Source of the DNA: a bacterium
Lineage (GTDB): Bacteria; Electryoneota; Electryoneia; Electryoneales; Electryoneaceae
Direction of reading: 5' to 3'
Assembly (NCBI GenBank): GCA_963669175.1
Contig: OY769902.1
Location: forward strand, 5,312,001 to 5,376,000
DNA length: 64,000 bases
Within the stretch, counting starts at the first letter, position 1; every line of letters starts with the position of its first letter. Below, in pieces: positions 40,003 through 49,774 of the stretch. Below the pieces are notes generated by a model. That model made no database searches, was not told the DNA's origin, and saw nothing but the letters and a program-made list of their open reading frames with translations. A program made the translations under genes and the position numbers.

Positions 40003-40148
40003 GTCATCCCCGGCTTTACCGGGGATCTCGAGGTTCACAGAGTAGTATCTTCATATTCCATACATAATCCCGGCCAGGCATGGCCGGGCTACCTTTTTAC
40101 CTTCTTTACCCCAATCACCTTCTTTACCTCAATCACTTTCTTTACCTT
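40003..40148. repeat. Cluster: palindrome 40003-40029, GTAG-REP copy 2 (40069-40092) and 9-bp periodic pyrimidine-rich repeats
   Basis: GTCATCCCCGGCTTTACCGGGGATCTC; CCCGGCCAGGCATGGCCGGGCTAC; alternating TTCTTTACC / YCAATCACY units. Confidence 0.7.
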
Positions 40149-40176
40149 ACAGCAAATCATCAGGCAAGGAGAGTAC

Positions 40177-41766
40177 GTGAAACTACTTCTGCTGAACAGC
40201 GACCGGTTCGTTTCCGCTTTTCGCAAGCTGGGGCATGAAGTTGTTACGGCTGGTTGCAAACCGGCGCTGGATATCGTGATGCACCCGGACGAGTACACTC
40301 TTGCCAACATTCGCCGCCAACTCCCCTTCACACCGGACGCTATCATTGTTGAACTGTGGAGCGATCATGCTTTTGTCACCGACCTGACCGAGGCAGAATG
40401 TCCCCTAATCGCGTATATCATTGATTCCACCCTGAACCGTTACTGGATACGGGATTACGGCCATGTGTTTGACCGTATTCTGGTGGACCATTTTGCCGAT
40501 ATTCCTGTCTACCGTAAACATGGTCTCGATGCTCACTGGTTGCCCTTGAGTGTGAATGCGAGCCGTTTGCCGGACCTGAAACCGAACCGTTCTTACGACC
40601 ATGACATTGTATTTGTCGGACGCATTCAACCGTTCCGAAAGAAGCGGCAGTGGTTGCTGGACCTTCTATCCGACCATTTTACTGTCCATATCGCGGGTGG
40701 TGACGGGAAGGATTATCTACGTCCGCGCGAGATGTATGAGCTGTTCTCCCGAAGCCGCATCATCCTGAATGAAAACCTGTTCGATGGCTGGACGATGCGG
40801 ATGATTGAAGGCGCCGGATGTGGATCGCTTCTGTTCAGCGAAACCGTATCCCCGGAAAATGGCGCCCTGCTCCGAAACCATGAGCACCTGGCTTTCTTCA
40901 CTCCGGACAATGTGCTGGAAGAAGCGCATTTTTTTCTGGATCAGGATGCGGAACGTGAGCAGATTGCAGCCCACGGACGTGACGAGGTGCTGGCAAACCA
41001 TACCCATCTTCAACGTGCAAACGCCATCCTCGCACACATTCATGAGTGTGATACAGCCAGAAGGTTACGAGTTCCCCAGGCAGTTCGTGACGCCCATGCC
41101 GCCAAAGCGTTTCGCCTGGTGATGCTGCGCTGGCCGTTGCTGGCGAAACAGTTGGGCGCATTTGCGGAAACTGCCGCACGGACGGGATTGGCACAGGGTA
41201 TTCTTGTCGATGAAATGTCGCTCCTGTTGGGACGTCTCATCGGGCAATGGTCCGATCATGTTGCTGAAGCTACGTCCCTGCTGGAACAGGCCTTTCATGA
41301 GAATCCGGACAATATCGAAACACGGCTGGCGCTTTACGAGATATACACTCGGGCCGGAAAACATCAGGCTGCGTTACACATTCTTTATCCCGTTTTTTCG
41401 GGACCGGAACATGCGTCGTCTGAACGCACAACCTGGATGACAATCGCTGATTTTCTGGTGCAGCAGGATCGAAAATCATTCAGGGGATATGTTCCGACTA
41501 TCGAGGATCGTTTCCCCGTAACGGCGGAACAGTACTACTACCGCGCCCGGGAAACAGGCGACCCATTGGCGCGCTGGCAACTGACTGAACTGACGGCTGA
41601 GATGGGAAATGAAAGTAATGCTTATGTGGACATACTACCGCTTATGGGCAAATATGATTTCACTGCGGATCAGGTCCGGCAAATGGCTGCCTGGGCGCGA
41701 GCATCCTATCGACCGGATGAAGCGACAAAACTGGAAACAGTCAGCAGACAGCTTGGAGACGTATAG
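40177..41766 (+). CDS. CgeB-like glycosyltransferase with TPR-like C-terminus
   Basis: AGGAG RBS + GTG; WLPLS, DIVFVG, RIILNE, MRMIEGAGCG, HTHLQRA. Confidence 0.75.
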   Translation: MKLLLLNSDRFVSAFRKLGHEVVTAGCKPALDIVMHPDEYTLANIRRQLPFTPDAIIVELWSDHAFVTDLTEAECPLIAYIIDSTLNRYWIRDYGHVFDRILVDHFADIPVYRKHGLDAHWLPLSVNASRLPDLKPNRSYDHDIVFVGRIQPFRKKRQWLLDLLSDHFTVHIAGGDGKDYLRPREMYELFSRSRIILNENLFDGWTMRMIEGAGCGSLLFSETVSPENGALLRNHEHLAFFTPDNVLEEAHFFLDQDAEREQIAAHGRDEVLANHTHLQRANAILAHIHECDTARRLRVPQAVRDAHAAKAFRLVMLRWPLLAKQLGAFAETAARTGLAQGILVDEMSLLLGRLIGQWSDHVAEATSLLEQAFHENPDNIETRLALYEIYTRAGKHQAALHILYPVFSGPEHASSERTTWMTIADFLVQQDRKSFRGYVPTIEDRFPVTAEQYYYRARETGDPLARWQLTELTAEMGNESNAYVDILPLMGKYDFTADQVRQMAAWARASYRPDEATKLETVSRQLGDV

Positions 41767-41779
41767 TATGCCTTACCAC

Positions 41780-41808
41780 AAAAACCCACATCCAAACGGA
41801 TGTGGGTT
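41780..41808 (-). terminator. Terminator of flagellin (possibly bidirectional)
   Basis: AACCCACATCC-N4-GGATGTGGGTT stem with T-run on the minus strand. Confidence 0.75.
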
Positions 41809-41829
41809 ATGATTTCAAGTCTTGGACGC

Positions 41830-42714
41830 TTACCCGATCAATCCCGCCACCATCTGCGGCACCATGTTCGCCTGGGCCAGCATGGAAATGCCAGAATTGA
41901 AAAGAATCTGTGATTTCACGAAGTTGCTCATCTCGTTTGCGATGTCGGCATCACGGATCATGGATTCCGACGCCACCGCATTCTCTTTCGAGATCTTCAT
42001 ATTCAGCAGGGAATTCTGCAACCGTTCCACATAGGAACCAATACGGGTCCGTTCGGTATCCTTCGCATCAATAGCCGCATCGATGGATCCAATCGCGCGT
42101 TGGGCGTTCAGCGTGTTCAGGATGTTCACACCAGACGTCCCAGATCCGGCAAGGCCAAGTGCGCTCGCGGTCGAATCACGGAGCTGTACATAATAATAGT
42201 CCTGATCCCGGACGTTATAGGTACCGATATGGAACTTGATACCACTGGCCGTCGCAGCATTGTAGCCAAGTGATTGCGTATCACTGGAGAAACTCCCGTT
42301 GATCAAATACAGACCATTGTAATTGGTCGTATTGGCGATACGTGTAATCTCGCTCCGTAACTGGGAGAATTCCACATTCAGGTAGGTGCGGTCCAGACTT
42401 GTCAACGCACCGTTGGAGGCCTGAACTGCAAGGGCGCGCATGCGAATCAACTTCTCATCAATCACCGACAGGGCGCCTTCTGCGGTCGCCAGCAGGTTGA
42501 TGTTGTAGTTGATGTTCTTTTCCGCCTCATCCATGGAGGAAATCTGCGCACGCATACGTTCGCTCACCGCCAATCCTGCAGGATCATCCCAGGCATAGTT
42601 AATGCGAAGGCCAGATGACAAGCGGTTGACAGCCGTGTCGAGATTCTGCTGGGATGTAAATACATTCCGTTGAGCAGTCAACGAAAGCACGTTGTGGTTG
42701 ATGCGGGTACTCAT
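41830..42714 (-). CDS. fliC: Flagellin
   Basis: RINHN..RLSSGLRIN..DDPAGLAVSERMRAQI, ESMIRDADIANEM, SMLAQAN; AGGAGG RBS. Confidence 0.95.
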   Translation of the reverse strand: MSTRINHNVLSLTAQRNVFTSQQNLDTAVNRLSSGLRINYAWDDPAGLAVSERMRAQISSMDEAEKNINYNINLLATAEGALSVIDEKLIRMRALAVQASNGALTSLDRTYLNVEFSQLRSEITRIANTTNYNGLYLINGSFSSDTQSLGYNAATASGIKFHIGTYNVRDQDYYYVQLRDSTASALGLAGSGTSGVNILNTLNAQRAIGSIDAAIDAKDTERTRIGSYVERLQNSLLNMKISKENAVASESMIRDADIANEMSNFVKSQILFNSGISMLAQANMVPQMVAGLIG

Positions 42715-42952
42715 AAGCCCTCCTGGTCCACCCAATCAGGGACATGCCCTACGTTTCCACCCCGCAACTGCTGATACAAGCAGCCGCCGGTTGGTTCACA
42801 TGCTAAATGCTGTGATGGGAGCTTGAGGTACAAGAAAGGTGTGTCTGGAGAATTTCCGGACGCGCATGACAGCCACCTGTCCAAAACCTCAATTGTACGG
42901 CAAGAGCTTTGAGCAACTAAATTAGCCAGGGGAATTACCTTTTCTATTTACT

Positions 42953-42979
42953 CTATCGGCAATCCTTGTTCAACCTTGA
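42953..42979 (-). promoter_or_regulatory. Sigma-28 (FliA) promoter for flagellin
   Basis: Minus strand TCAA-N15-GCCGATAG versus consensus TAAA-N15-GCCGATAA. Confidence 0.75.
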
Positions 42980-43095
42980 GGAAAGGAGAGCCTATATATT
43001 TATTTTATAACAAGATAACTATCGCCAAAGGAGGTAAAGATCTCTTTGAACTCACTTTAAGAAAACTGATAAAAACACTTATTTTCCTGAGCAGT

Positions 43096-43130
43096 AAAAA
43101 GGCTGTCGCTTTCAATGGCGACAGCCTTTT
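43096..43130. terminator. Terminator downstream of nrdJ
   Basis: AAAAAGGCTGTCGC..GCGACAGCCTTTT hairpin. Confidence 0.75.
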
Positions 43131-43158
43131 GCAGTTTTTTCGAAACTTAAAGTAAATA

Positions 43159-46002
43159 TCAACCACAGCCTGTTGTGCTGCCGCAGGAGGGGCAGGAGTA
43201 ACAGGAGCCACTACGGAAAGTCAAGCTTCCGCAATTGGGGCATGGCGGCGCATCCGACTGGCCAACTGGTGCATATGCCGGGCGATTGCTATTGATAATA
43301 CGTGCGGCTTCTTCCAACACACCGTCGCCGTTATCACCGCTATTTTTACTCCCGGCGCCGTTTCCCCTTTTCTCGGACTTGTTTTCGGAAACCTCTTCCT
43401 CCACCTGGTCGGAATTGTCGTCGATGATCTCTTCTTCGTAACTGCCATCATCGCCGATATCCCCGGACAGGCCATGTTCATCCGGCGGAAGGAACTTGAG
43501 CGCCAGCCAACGGAAGATGTAGTCCATCACCGAGTGCGCCATGGGGATGTCACGGTTATTGGTATATCCGCTCGGCTCAAAACGGGTGTGGATGAACTTG
43601 CGGATAAGCACCTTGAGCGGTACACCATATTGCAACGACAGGCTTATCGCAGTGGCGAAGCTGTCCATCAAACCGCTGACAACCGAACCTTCCTTGCTCA
43701 TCACGATGAAAATTTCACCCGGCTGGCCGTTCTTGTACATACCAACCGTGATGTAGCCTTCATGTCCACCAATAGAGAACTTGTGCGTGATGGATTTACG
43801 TTCATCCGGAAGCTTGAGCCGACGTGGACGGAACTCCACCTTCTTCTTGCCGCCTTCAGCCTTCTTCTCTTCCCTGGATGTGCTGACCGGCTGAACCGCT
43901 TTGCAACCGTCACGATAAATCGCGATGGCTTTCAGGCCCATCTGCCATGCAGACAGGTAAGTATTGTAAATATCCGCAGCAGTGACATTGTGCGGCATGT
44001 TTACGGTCTTGCTGATCGCACCGGAGATAAACGGTTGTACCGCTTCCATCATCCGGATGTGCCCCATGAAATGAATCGAACGGTCGCCCTTGGCCGGTTT
44101 CAACGCGCAATCGAACACGGGAAGATGTTCATCCTTCAATCCCGGTGCGCCCTCGATGGTCTCATGTTCACGCACGTAATCGATAATACGCTTGATCGTT
44201 CCATCTTCATAGCCAAGCCGTTCCAGCGCGCGTGGCACAGTACGATTGACCATCGGCAGCATCCCGCCACCGACCAGTCGCTTGTACTTGATCAGCGCGA
44301 TATCCGGCTCGATACCGGTTGTGTCGCAATCCATCATGAAAGAGATGGTTCCGGTCGGCGCCAGGACTGTCACCTGGCTGTTACGGAATCCGTACTCTTC
44401 GCCCAGTTCCAGCATTTCATCGTAAATGGTCTGCGCTTCCTCGAACATATAATCGGGAACATACTTGCGTTCGATCTTCTCCAGCGCATCCGCATGCTTG
44501 CGCATGACCCGCATGAAAGGCTTACGGTTACGCTGATAGCCACGGAATGGCTTCATGACACCGGCAAGCTGGGCGCTCAAGCGATAGGCTTCACCATGCA
44601 TGATAGCCGTCACGATACCGGCGTAAGCGCGTCCGGGATTGCTGTCGTAAGGCATACCACGACTCATCAGCAACGCGCCCAGATTGGTGTAACCAAGCCC
44701 TAACGGACGATAATCATGGGAGGTCTTTTCAATCTGCTTCGTCGGGTAGGAAGCATTATCAACAATAATTTCCTGGGCAAGCGCGGTAATGCGCACCGCC
44801 GCACGGAAAGCATCAACATTGAATTCACCGTTTTCATCCACAAACTTCAGCAGGTTCAGCGAAGCGAGATTGCAGGCGCTGTTGTCCAGGAACATGAATT
44901 CACTGCAAGGATTGGAAGCATTAATGCGATTTGTATTCGGGCAGGTATGCCACTCGTTGATGGTAGTGTCAAACTGGAATCCCGGATCGCCCGTTTCCCA
45001 GGCCGCCTTGCAGATCTTGTCCAACAGTTCACGCGCCTGGTACGATTTGATCGGTTCGCCATTGGTGACAGCGCGCGTGTTCCACTCGCCGTCCTGCAAC
45101 ACAGCGTGCATGAACTCGTCGGTTACACGGACTGAATGGTTGGCATTCTGGAAGAAGATGGAGGAATAAGCTTCGCCATCCAGACCACCCTCAAAACCGG
45201 CCTTCAGCAACGCAAATGCCTTCTTCTCTTCTTTCACTTTACATTCGATAAACTCATCGACATCAGGATGGTCAATGTTCAGGATCACCATTTTCGCGGC
45301 ACGGCGAGTTTTACCACCGGACTTGATCACACCGGCAAACGCGTCATAACCGCGCATGAAGCTGACAGGACCGGAAGCCATTCCCCCGCCACTCATACCC
45401 TCCAGTGAACTGCGAAGCGGACTGAGGTTCGTTCCCGCTCCACTACCATATTTAAAGAGCATCCCCTCCGTCTTGGCCAGGTCAAGGATGGACTCCATGG
45501 TGTCTTCCACCGAATTAATGAAGCAGGCGCTGCATTGCGGCCGTTCTTCCACACCAACATTGAACCAGACCGGGCTGTTAAACGCCATCATCTGGTTAAC
45601 AAGAAGGTGCTTCAGTTCATTGCGGTAGATCTCCCCGTCTTCCGGAGATGCAAAGTACCCATCAGACAAACCCCAATCGGTAATTGTATCCGAAACACGG
45701 TCAATAACCTGTCGCATGCTCGTTTCACGGTCACTACTGCCAAGCTTCCCTTTAAAATACTTGGACACAACAACATTGGTGGAAAGCTGTGACCATGAAC
45801 TGGGCATTTCAGCATCACGCTGTTCGAAGATAACTTCGCCCTTTTCATTGGTTAGCTGCGCAAGGGACTTTTTCCACTCGATCTCTTCATAAGGATGGAC
45901 ACCCGGTTTTGTAAAGAAATTGTTTATTTCTATTCCCTTCAATGATTTACCCTCTGCTTCTGAACCTGTCTGCTGTGACTGTTCGTGCGACTTTCCCGAC
46001 AT
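43159..46002 (-). CDS. nrdJ: Class II adenosylcobalamin-dependent ribonucleotide reductase
   Basis: FNSPVWFN, QCSACFI, GGKTRRAAKM, SNPCSEF, CNLASLN, APTGTI, GAISKTVN, YRDG; TSCPD-like C-terminus with Cys cluster. Confidence 0.95.
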   Translation of the reverse strand: MSGKSHEQSQQTGSEAEGKSLKGIEINNFFTKPGVHPYEEIEWKKSLAQLTNEKGEVIFEQRDAEMPSSWSQLSTNVVVSKYFKGKLGSSDRETSMRQVIDRVSDTITDWGLSDGYFASPEDGEIYRNELKHLLVNQMMAFNSPVWFNVGVEERPQCSACFINSVEDTMESILDLAKTEGMLFKYGSGAGTNLSPLRSSLEGMSGGGMASGPVSFMRGYDAFAGVIKSGGKTRRAAKMVILNIDHPDVDEFIECKVKEEKKAFALLKAGFEGGLDGEAYSSIFFQNANHSVRVTDEFMHAVLQDGEWNTRAVTNGEPIKSYQARELLDKICKAAWETGDPGFQFDTTINEWHTCPNTNRINASNPCSEFMFLDNSACNLASLNLLKFVDENGEFNVDAFRAAVRITALAQEIIVDNASYPTKQIEKTSHDYRPLGLGYTNLGALLMSRGMPYDSNPGRAYAGIVTAIMHGEAYRLSAQLAGVMKPFRGYQRNRKPFMRVMRKHADALEKIERKYVPDYMFEEAQTIYDEMLELGEEYGFRNSQVTVLAPTGTISFMMDCDTTGIEPDIALIKYKRLVGGGMLPMVNRTVPRALERLGYEDGTIKRIIDYVREHETIEGAPGLKDEHLPVFDCALKPAKGDRSIHFMGHIRMMEAVQPFISGAISKTVNMPHNVTAADIYNTYLSAWQMGLKAIAIYRDGCKAVQPVSTSREEKKAEGGKKKVEFRPRRLKLPDERKSITHKFSIGGHEGYITVGMYKNGQPGEIFIVMSKEGSVVSGLMDSFATAISLSLQYGVPLKVLIRKFIHTRFEPSGYTNNRDIPMAHSVMDYIFRWLALKFLPPDEHGLSGDIGDDGSYEEEIIDDNSDQVEEEVSENKSEKRGNGAGSKNSGDNGDGVLEEAARIINSNRPAYAPVGQSDAPPCPNCGSLTFRSGSCYSCPSCGSTTGCG

Positions 46003-46921
46003 TGGACCTCCTCAAAAAAACGGTAACTGCGAAGAGCGAAAAAAATTGAAATATGAATATGTCGAAAAAACTCTTCTTGCTCGTTAAAACCTATTTCCCC
46101 GTTTATCCCCACTACACTCCATTAAAAGCTTAACCTGTTTTTCTGGCGGCAGTGACTTCACAGCTAATTATCGATAAGTCAATGTTTTGAGATTTGAGAG
46201 AGTACAAGCGCAGACGCGAGTACCTCACGAACCCCGTAACAACTTGTTTATCAAACACTTAAAAAACGAGGGGGGCGATGCTTCTGCGTATCTCCATATT
46301 TCCATGGAGGTTACTTGCACACCTTAGGAACACCATGCCTTTTGAATCTACTCTGGAGGTATGCTGCATAATGGATTGGTGAAGAATTCTCCCTGCGTGA
46401 CGCCCCATCACAGCCTTTTCTTCACTTCCTTCCCAGCGACGCCAGACAAATTAGAGGGCCTCTTCTTACTTGTCAAGACTCTCGAGAAAAAAAAGACAAA
46501 AACTGGCGTCTCCCCCAATATTTCCTTTCGTTTTGATTTCATTAGCTTTAGCACAAATCTATAAATAACAAACTCTTAAAAATACCGCTTCAAATGACGC
46601 GAGAAATGCTTCCCCCAATGCGTTAAGAATTAAAGGATAACCAAGCAAGAAGTTAATGAAATGAGAGGATTGCTCAAAACAGGGGCTATTTCGCTAATTT
46701 TGAGGCACATTGTTGCCCCTCGAATGTAACAGACGTTTTACACTGCCAAAGCTACCTGTCAGGTTTTCCAACAGCTTGAGCTGTGATTAATTACACATTC
46801 ACCTGAGAAGTATGAAAAGTTACACGCAAACCATTAGTAATATTCCAATTAAATCAAGCACAAGCCCAACAACCCATGGAATATCAGTAGATTAGGTAGT
46901 CTATTTGACCGGAACTGACAG

Positions 46922-46950
46922 AAAACCGGCGGGAACAGACTCTCCCGCCG
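46922..46950 (-). terminator. Terminator after the ytfJ-like gene
   Basis: Minus strand CCGGCGGGA..TCCCGCCGG + TTTT. Confidence 0.7.
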
Positions 46951-47012
46951 GAAGGAATGAGCAATCAATCGGGGTGATCATGTTGATCAATGGGATGTTT
47001 GTTTATCCCATT

Positions 47013-47423
47013 CTACTCTGACTTCTCATCGTCCTGTGCATCTTCATCCTTGTCACCGGCTCCACGGAGTGAATCCATCGCATAGGTCATGAGGTCCGGC
47101 AGCTTCTCTATGAGGGCGTCCATCCCCTTGGCCTTCGATGCGGATGCATGAAGAATACGGACTGTTGTGCCGTCGTGAACCAGAAAACAGGAGGGCTCTA
47201 CTTTGATGCCTCCGGCAGCGCCTCCACCGGTGCCACCGATCTTCCGGCCTTCTTTATCCTCTGTACCTTCGCCCGCACCGACACCAAAACCAATCGATAC
47301 TTTGACAACAGGCACAACCAGAAGATCGTTAAACTTTATCGGCTCACCTATTAATGTTTCGCTACGTGCGATATGACGCGTCTTCTCGAGGATCGCCTCA
47401 ATGGATTCCTGCAGCATGCTCAT
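47013..47423 (-). CDS. GerW/YtfJ family protein
   Basis: IGEPI..VVPVVKVSIGFGVGAG..GGGAAGGIKVEP..LIEKLPDL. Confidence 0.85.
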   Translation of the reverse strand: MSMLQESIEAILEKTRHIARSETLIGEPIKFNDLLVVPVVKVSIGFGVGAGEGTEDKEGRKIGGTGGGAAGGIKVEPSCFLVHDGTTVRILHASASKAKGMDALIEKLPDLMTYAMDSLRGAGDKDEDAQDDEKSE

Positions 47424-48403
47424 CAGCCCTGCTCCTTTCGAATCTGTTGCACCGTTTTATACAGTCCGATCCAGGGGAAACGGACCAGGAAATCCACGGT
47501 GGGCGGAATGAACAGGATGAGGTGAATCCGTAAGTCCACCGCTGCTTCCGCCTTCGGTTCAAATGTATGTGTTTCAAAATCAGGTTCAAAGATGATGTGA
47601 CCGTTGAGCCTCCCTTCCAAGGCTCCATCCAGAGCATATAACCAGCCTTGAGCCGCTCCCAGAGATGAAGGGTCTCCGCCGGATGCAAAACGGACGTACA
47701 GCTTTTTCCAGCGCAACGCTCGCCAGTACCTGAGCGCCAACCGGTATAAGCGACGCAGTACCTTTTTTCCAAATGGGCCATATTGTTCGAGATACTTGCG
47801 CCCGCGCTGGATCTTGTCTACCAACCCCTTGATTCGCCCTTTGATTTCATCCAGTTGACGGATTCCGCTTCCGCTCGGTTTGTCCGTTTCAAACTCTGCA
47901 TCATCATCATCGTCGAAGAACTCATCAAAGCCTAACGGTTCCGCTGCACTCTCAAAATCATCATAGGATTCAGGGGATTCCTCAATGGGAAGCTCTGCAT
48001 CGATTTTTTCGCTGATGGGTTCATCAACGCTATCATAAGAAACTTCTTGCCTTTCCCGGTCCACCTGTCCTTCATCCACTTCCAGATCTGTTTTTGCCGA
48101 CTCATCCACAGGTACGGGTGGAGGTGTTTCGTAGAAATCGTCGTCTGAGGGTGGTTTGTCTTTTTTCTTTTTCCCTTTTCCACGATTCCGGATTCGATTG
48201 ATCAGGGGCGCCAACCGGTTTCGATAAAACCGCTCCCCCCACTGGTAGCCGCCTGGCGCCAGGTTAACCGGCCCGTACCAGACAGACCACTCCACATGAT
48301 CCAGCCGATCCATTCGAAAACGCAGACTGAACGGTATCGACAGGAAAACAATGGTCCCCACCAGCAGAACCGCAAGCGCTATCAGGACAATTTCCCAGAA
48401 CAA
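47423..48403 (-). CDS. DUF2953 (YtfI-like) membrane-anchored protein with long acidic insert
   Basis: N-terminal TM, GDPSSLG..EPDF motif, coupled to the ytfJ-like gene. Confidence 0.65.
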   Translation of the reverse strand: MFWEIVLIALAVLLVGTIVFLSIPFSLRFRMDRLDHVEWSVWYGPVNLAPGGYQWGERFYRNRLAPLINRIRNRGKGKKKKDKPPSDDDFYETPPPVPVDESAKTDLEVDEGQVDRERQEVSYDSVDEPISEKIDAELPIEESPESYDDFESAAEPLGFDEFFDDDDDAEFETDKPSGSGIRQLDEIKGRIKGLVDKIQRGRKYLEQYGPFGKKVLRRLYRLALRYWRALRWKKLYVRFASGGDPSSLGAAQGWLYALDGALEGRLNGHIIFEPDFETHTFEPKAEAAVDLRIHLILFIPPTVDFLVRFPWIGLYKTVQQIRKEQG

Positions 48404-48613
48404 AGGCTATCCAAACGATGAATGTTTACCTGGAACCACGTTTTACGAACTTAACGCTGAGCTTAGTGCAAGCCCCAACTTCCGCAGAATCCTTGACTTG
48501 ACTAGAAGCTTTACAGGACACACAGAGTTTATCCTTAATTCTTTTACACAATACAAGCGCCAATTCCAATTAAACGGACATCCTTCATTAGCCGATGAAA
48601 TTTCAAGCGCTGC

Positions 48614-49078
48614 ACGACAACTCGCGATCACTACAACAATCCTTATGACAACCCGCGATCACAACAGCAATCCTTACGACAACTCGAGATCACAACGGAT
48701 ATCCTTACAAGAACTCGTGATCACAACGGATATCCTTACAACAACTCGAGACCACAACGGATATCCTTACAATAACTCGAGATCACAACAGCAATCCTTA
48801 CGACAACTCGAGATCACAACGGATATCCTTACAATAACTCGAGACCACAACGGATATCCTTACGACAACTCGAGACCACAACGGATATCCTTACAATAAC
48901 TCGAGATCACAACAGCAATCCTTACGACAACTCGAGATCACAACGGATATCCTTACAATAACTCGAGATCACAACGGATATCCTTACAACAACTCGAGAT
49001 CACAACGGATATCCTTACAACAACTCGAGACTACAACGGATATCCTTACAACAACTCTCAATAGCAATGGCAATCCTT
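48614..49078. repeat. Tandem array, 15 x 31 bp
   Basis: Consensus ACRAYAACTCGAGATCACAACGGATATCCTT, contiguous, no unique spacers, terminal copies degenerate. Confidence 0.95.
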
Positions 49079-49097
49079 GAATCCGACATTCTATCCT

Positions 49098-49188
49098 TTA
49101 GCCTGCTTCAGCAGGCTCCTCTTAGCACCCGGCTTTAGCCGGGTGGATAAGATGCTCCAACTCGAGAGCGCGCTTTAGCGTGCTTTCA
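49098..49188. repeat. Left inverted repeat of HUH element (three GC-TTYA-GC hairpins)
   Basis: TTAGCCTGCTTCAGCAGGCTCCTCTTAGCACCCGGCTTTAGCCGGGTGGAT-N16-AGAGCGCGCTTTAGCGTGCTTTCA; inverse at 49645-49736. Confidence 0.92.
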
Positions 49189-49632
49189 AGAATACTGTTT
49201 CATTTCACGAACAAAAGTCTCCAATATTTCATTCGTTGTTCTTTTCGCATGATGCTCTTTTTGGTTCTGAACATAGCGTATTACTGAATCTAAGTGTTTG
49301 TGTGCAAAGCTTACAACGCCATATCCTCTTTGCCATTTTAGCGTATCGTTACCAAATTGATGATTAATTCTATGGGAACTTCCACCTTTCAGCTCGCCAA
49401 TAAATGTACTAACCAACACAAATGGCTCGAGTTGTACTACAAGGTGCACATGCGTCGGCGTACCACCCACTCCCTTGAAATGAACACCGTCTATTTTGGT
49501 GCAATAGTCTTCGATATGACGATATAAAACACTTTCAATAGCAGGTATAATTTGAGGTTGATCATGGATACAATGCCAGGTTATATGCAGAAATATACGG
49601 TCAAAAACGTGGCTTACACCTTTCTTTCCCAT
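49186..49632 (-). CDS. tnpA: IS200/IS605-like Y1 HUH transposase (TnpA; REP-associated RAYT-like)
   Basis: LHITW, THVHL (HUH), KGGSS, WQRGYG, YVQNQKEHH (catalytic Tyr); G-rich RBS before ATG 49632; AT-rich relative to neighbours. Confidence 0.9.
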   Translation of the reverse strand: MGKKGVSHVFDRIFLHITWHCIHDQPQIIPAIESVLYRHIEDYCTKIDGVHFKGVGGTPTHVHLVVQLEPFVLVSTFIGELKGGSSHRINHQFGNDTLKWQRGYGVVSFAHKHLDSVIRYVQNQKEHHAKRTTNEILETFVREMKQYS

Positions 49633-49644
49633 TGTCATCCCCCC

Positions 49645-49736
49645 TGAAAGCACGCTAAAGCGCGCTCTATATTTTGAGTTCTATCATCCACCCGGCTAAA
49701 GCCGGGTGCTAAGAGGAGCCTGCTAAAGCAGGCTAA
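49645..49736. repeat. Right inverted repeat of HUH element
   Basis: Reverse complement matches the left repeat with 1 mismatch outside a different 17-nt spacer. Confidence 0.92.
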
Positions 49737-49774
49737 TTACTCTCGAAGAAACAGACTTATTACCTCTATTAATC

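Noticed and set aside
39979-40176. N-terminal extension of the 595-aa glycosyltransferase ORF
   Set aside because: It is translated REP and 9-bp repeat DNA; an RBS supports the GTG start at 40177
43159-46002. Intein or intron in nrdJ
   Set aside because: Continuous ORF of normal length with no intein motifs noticed
46003-46921. Cobalamin riboswitch or NrdR boxes upstream of nrdJ
   Set aside because: Could not find the B12-box or a convincing palindromic NrdR site by eye
48351-48899. 182-aa ORF running into the 31-bp array
   Set aside because: Overlaps the opposite-strand gene start; its repeats are simply the three frames of a non-triplet DNA repeat
48614-49078. CRISPR or TIGR-type guide array
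   Set aside because: Units are contiguous near-identical 31-mers with no unique spacers; no cas or Nop-domain gene nearby
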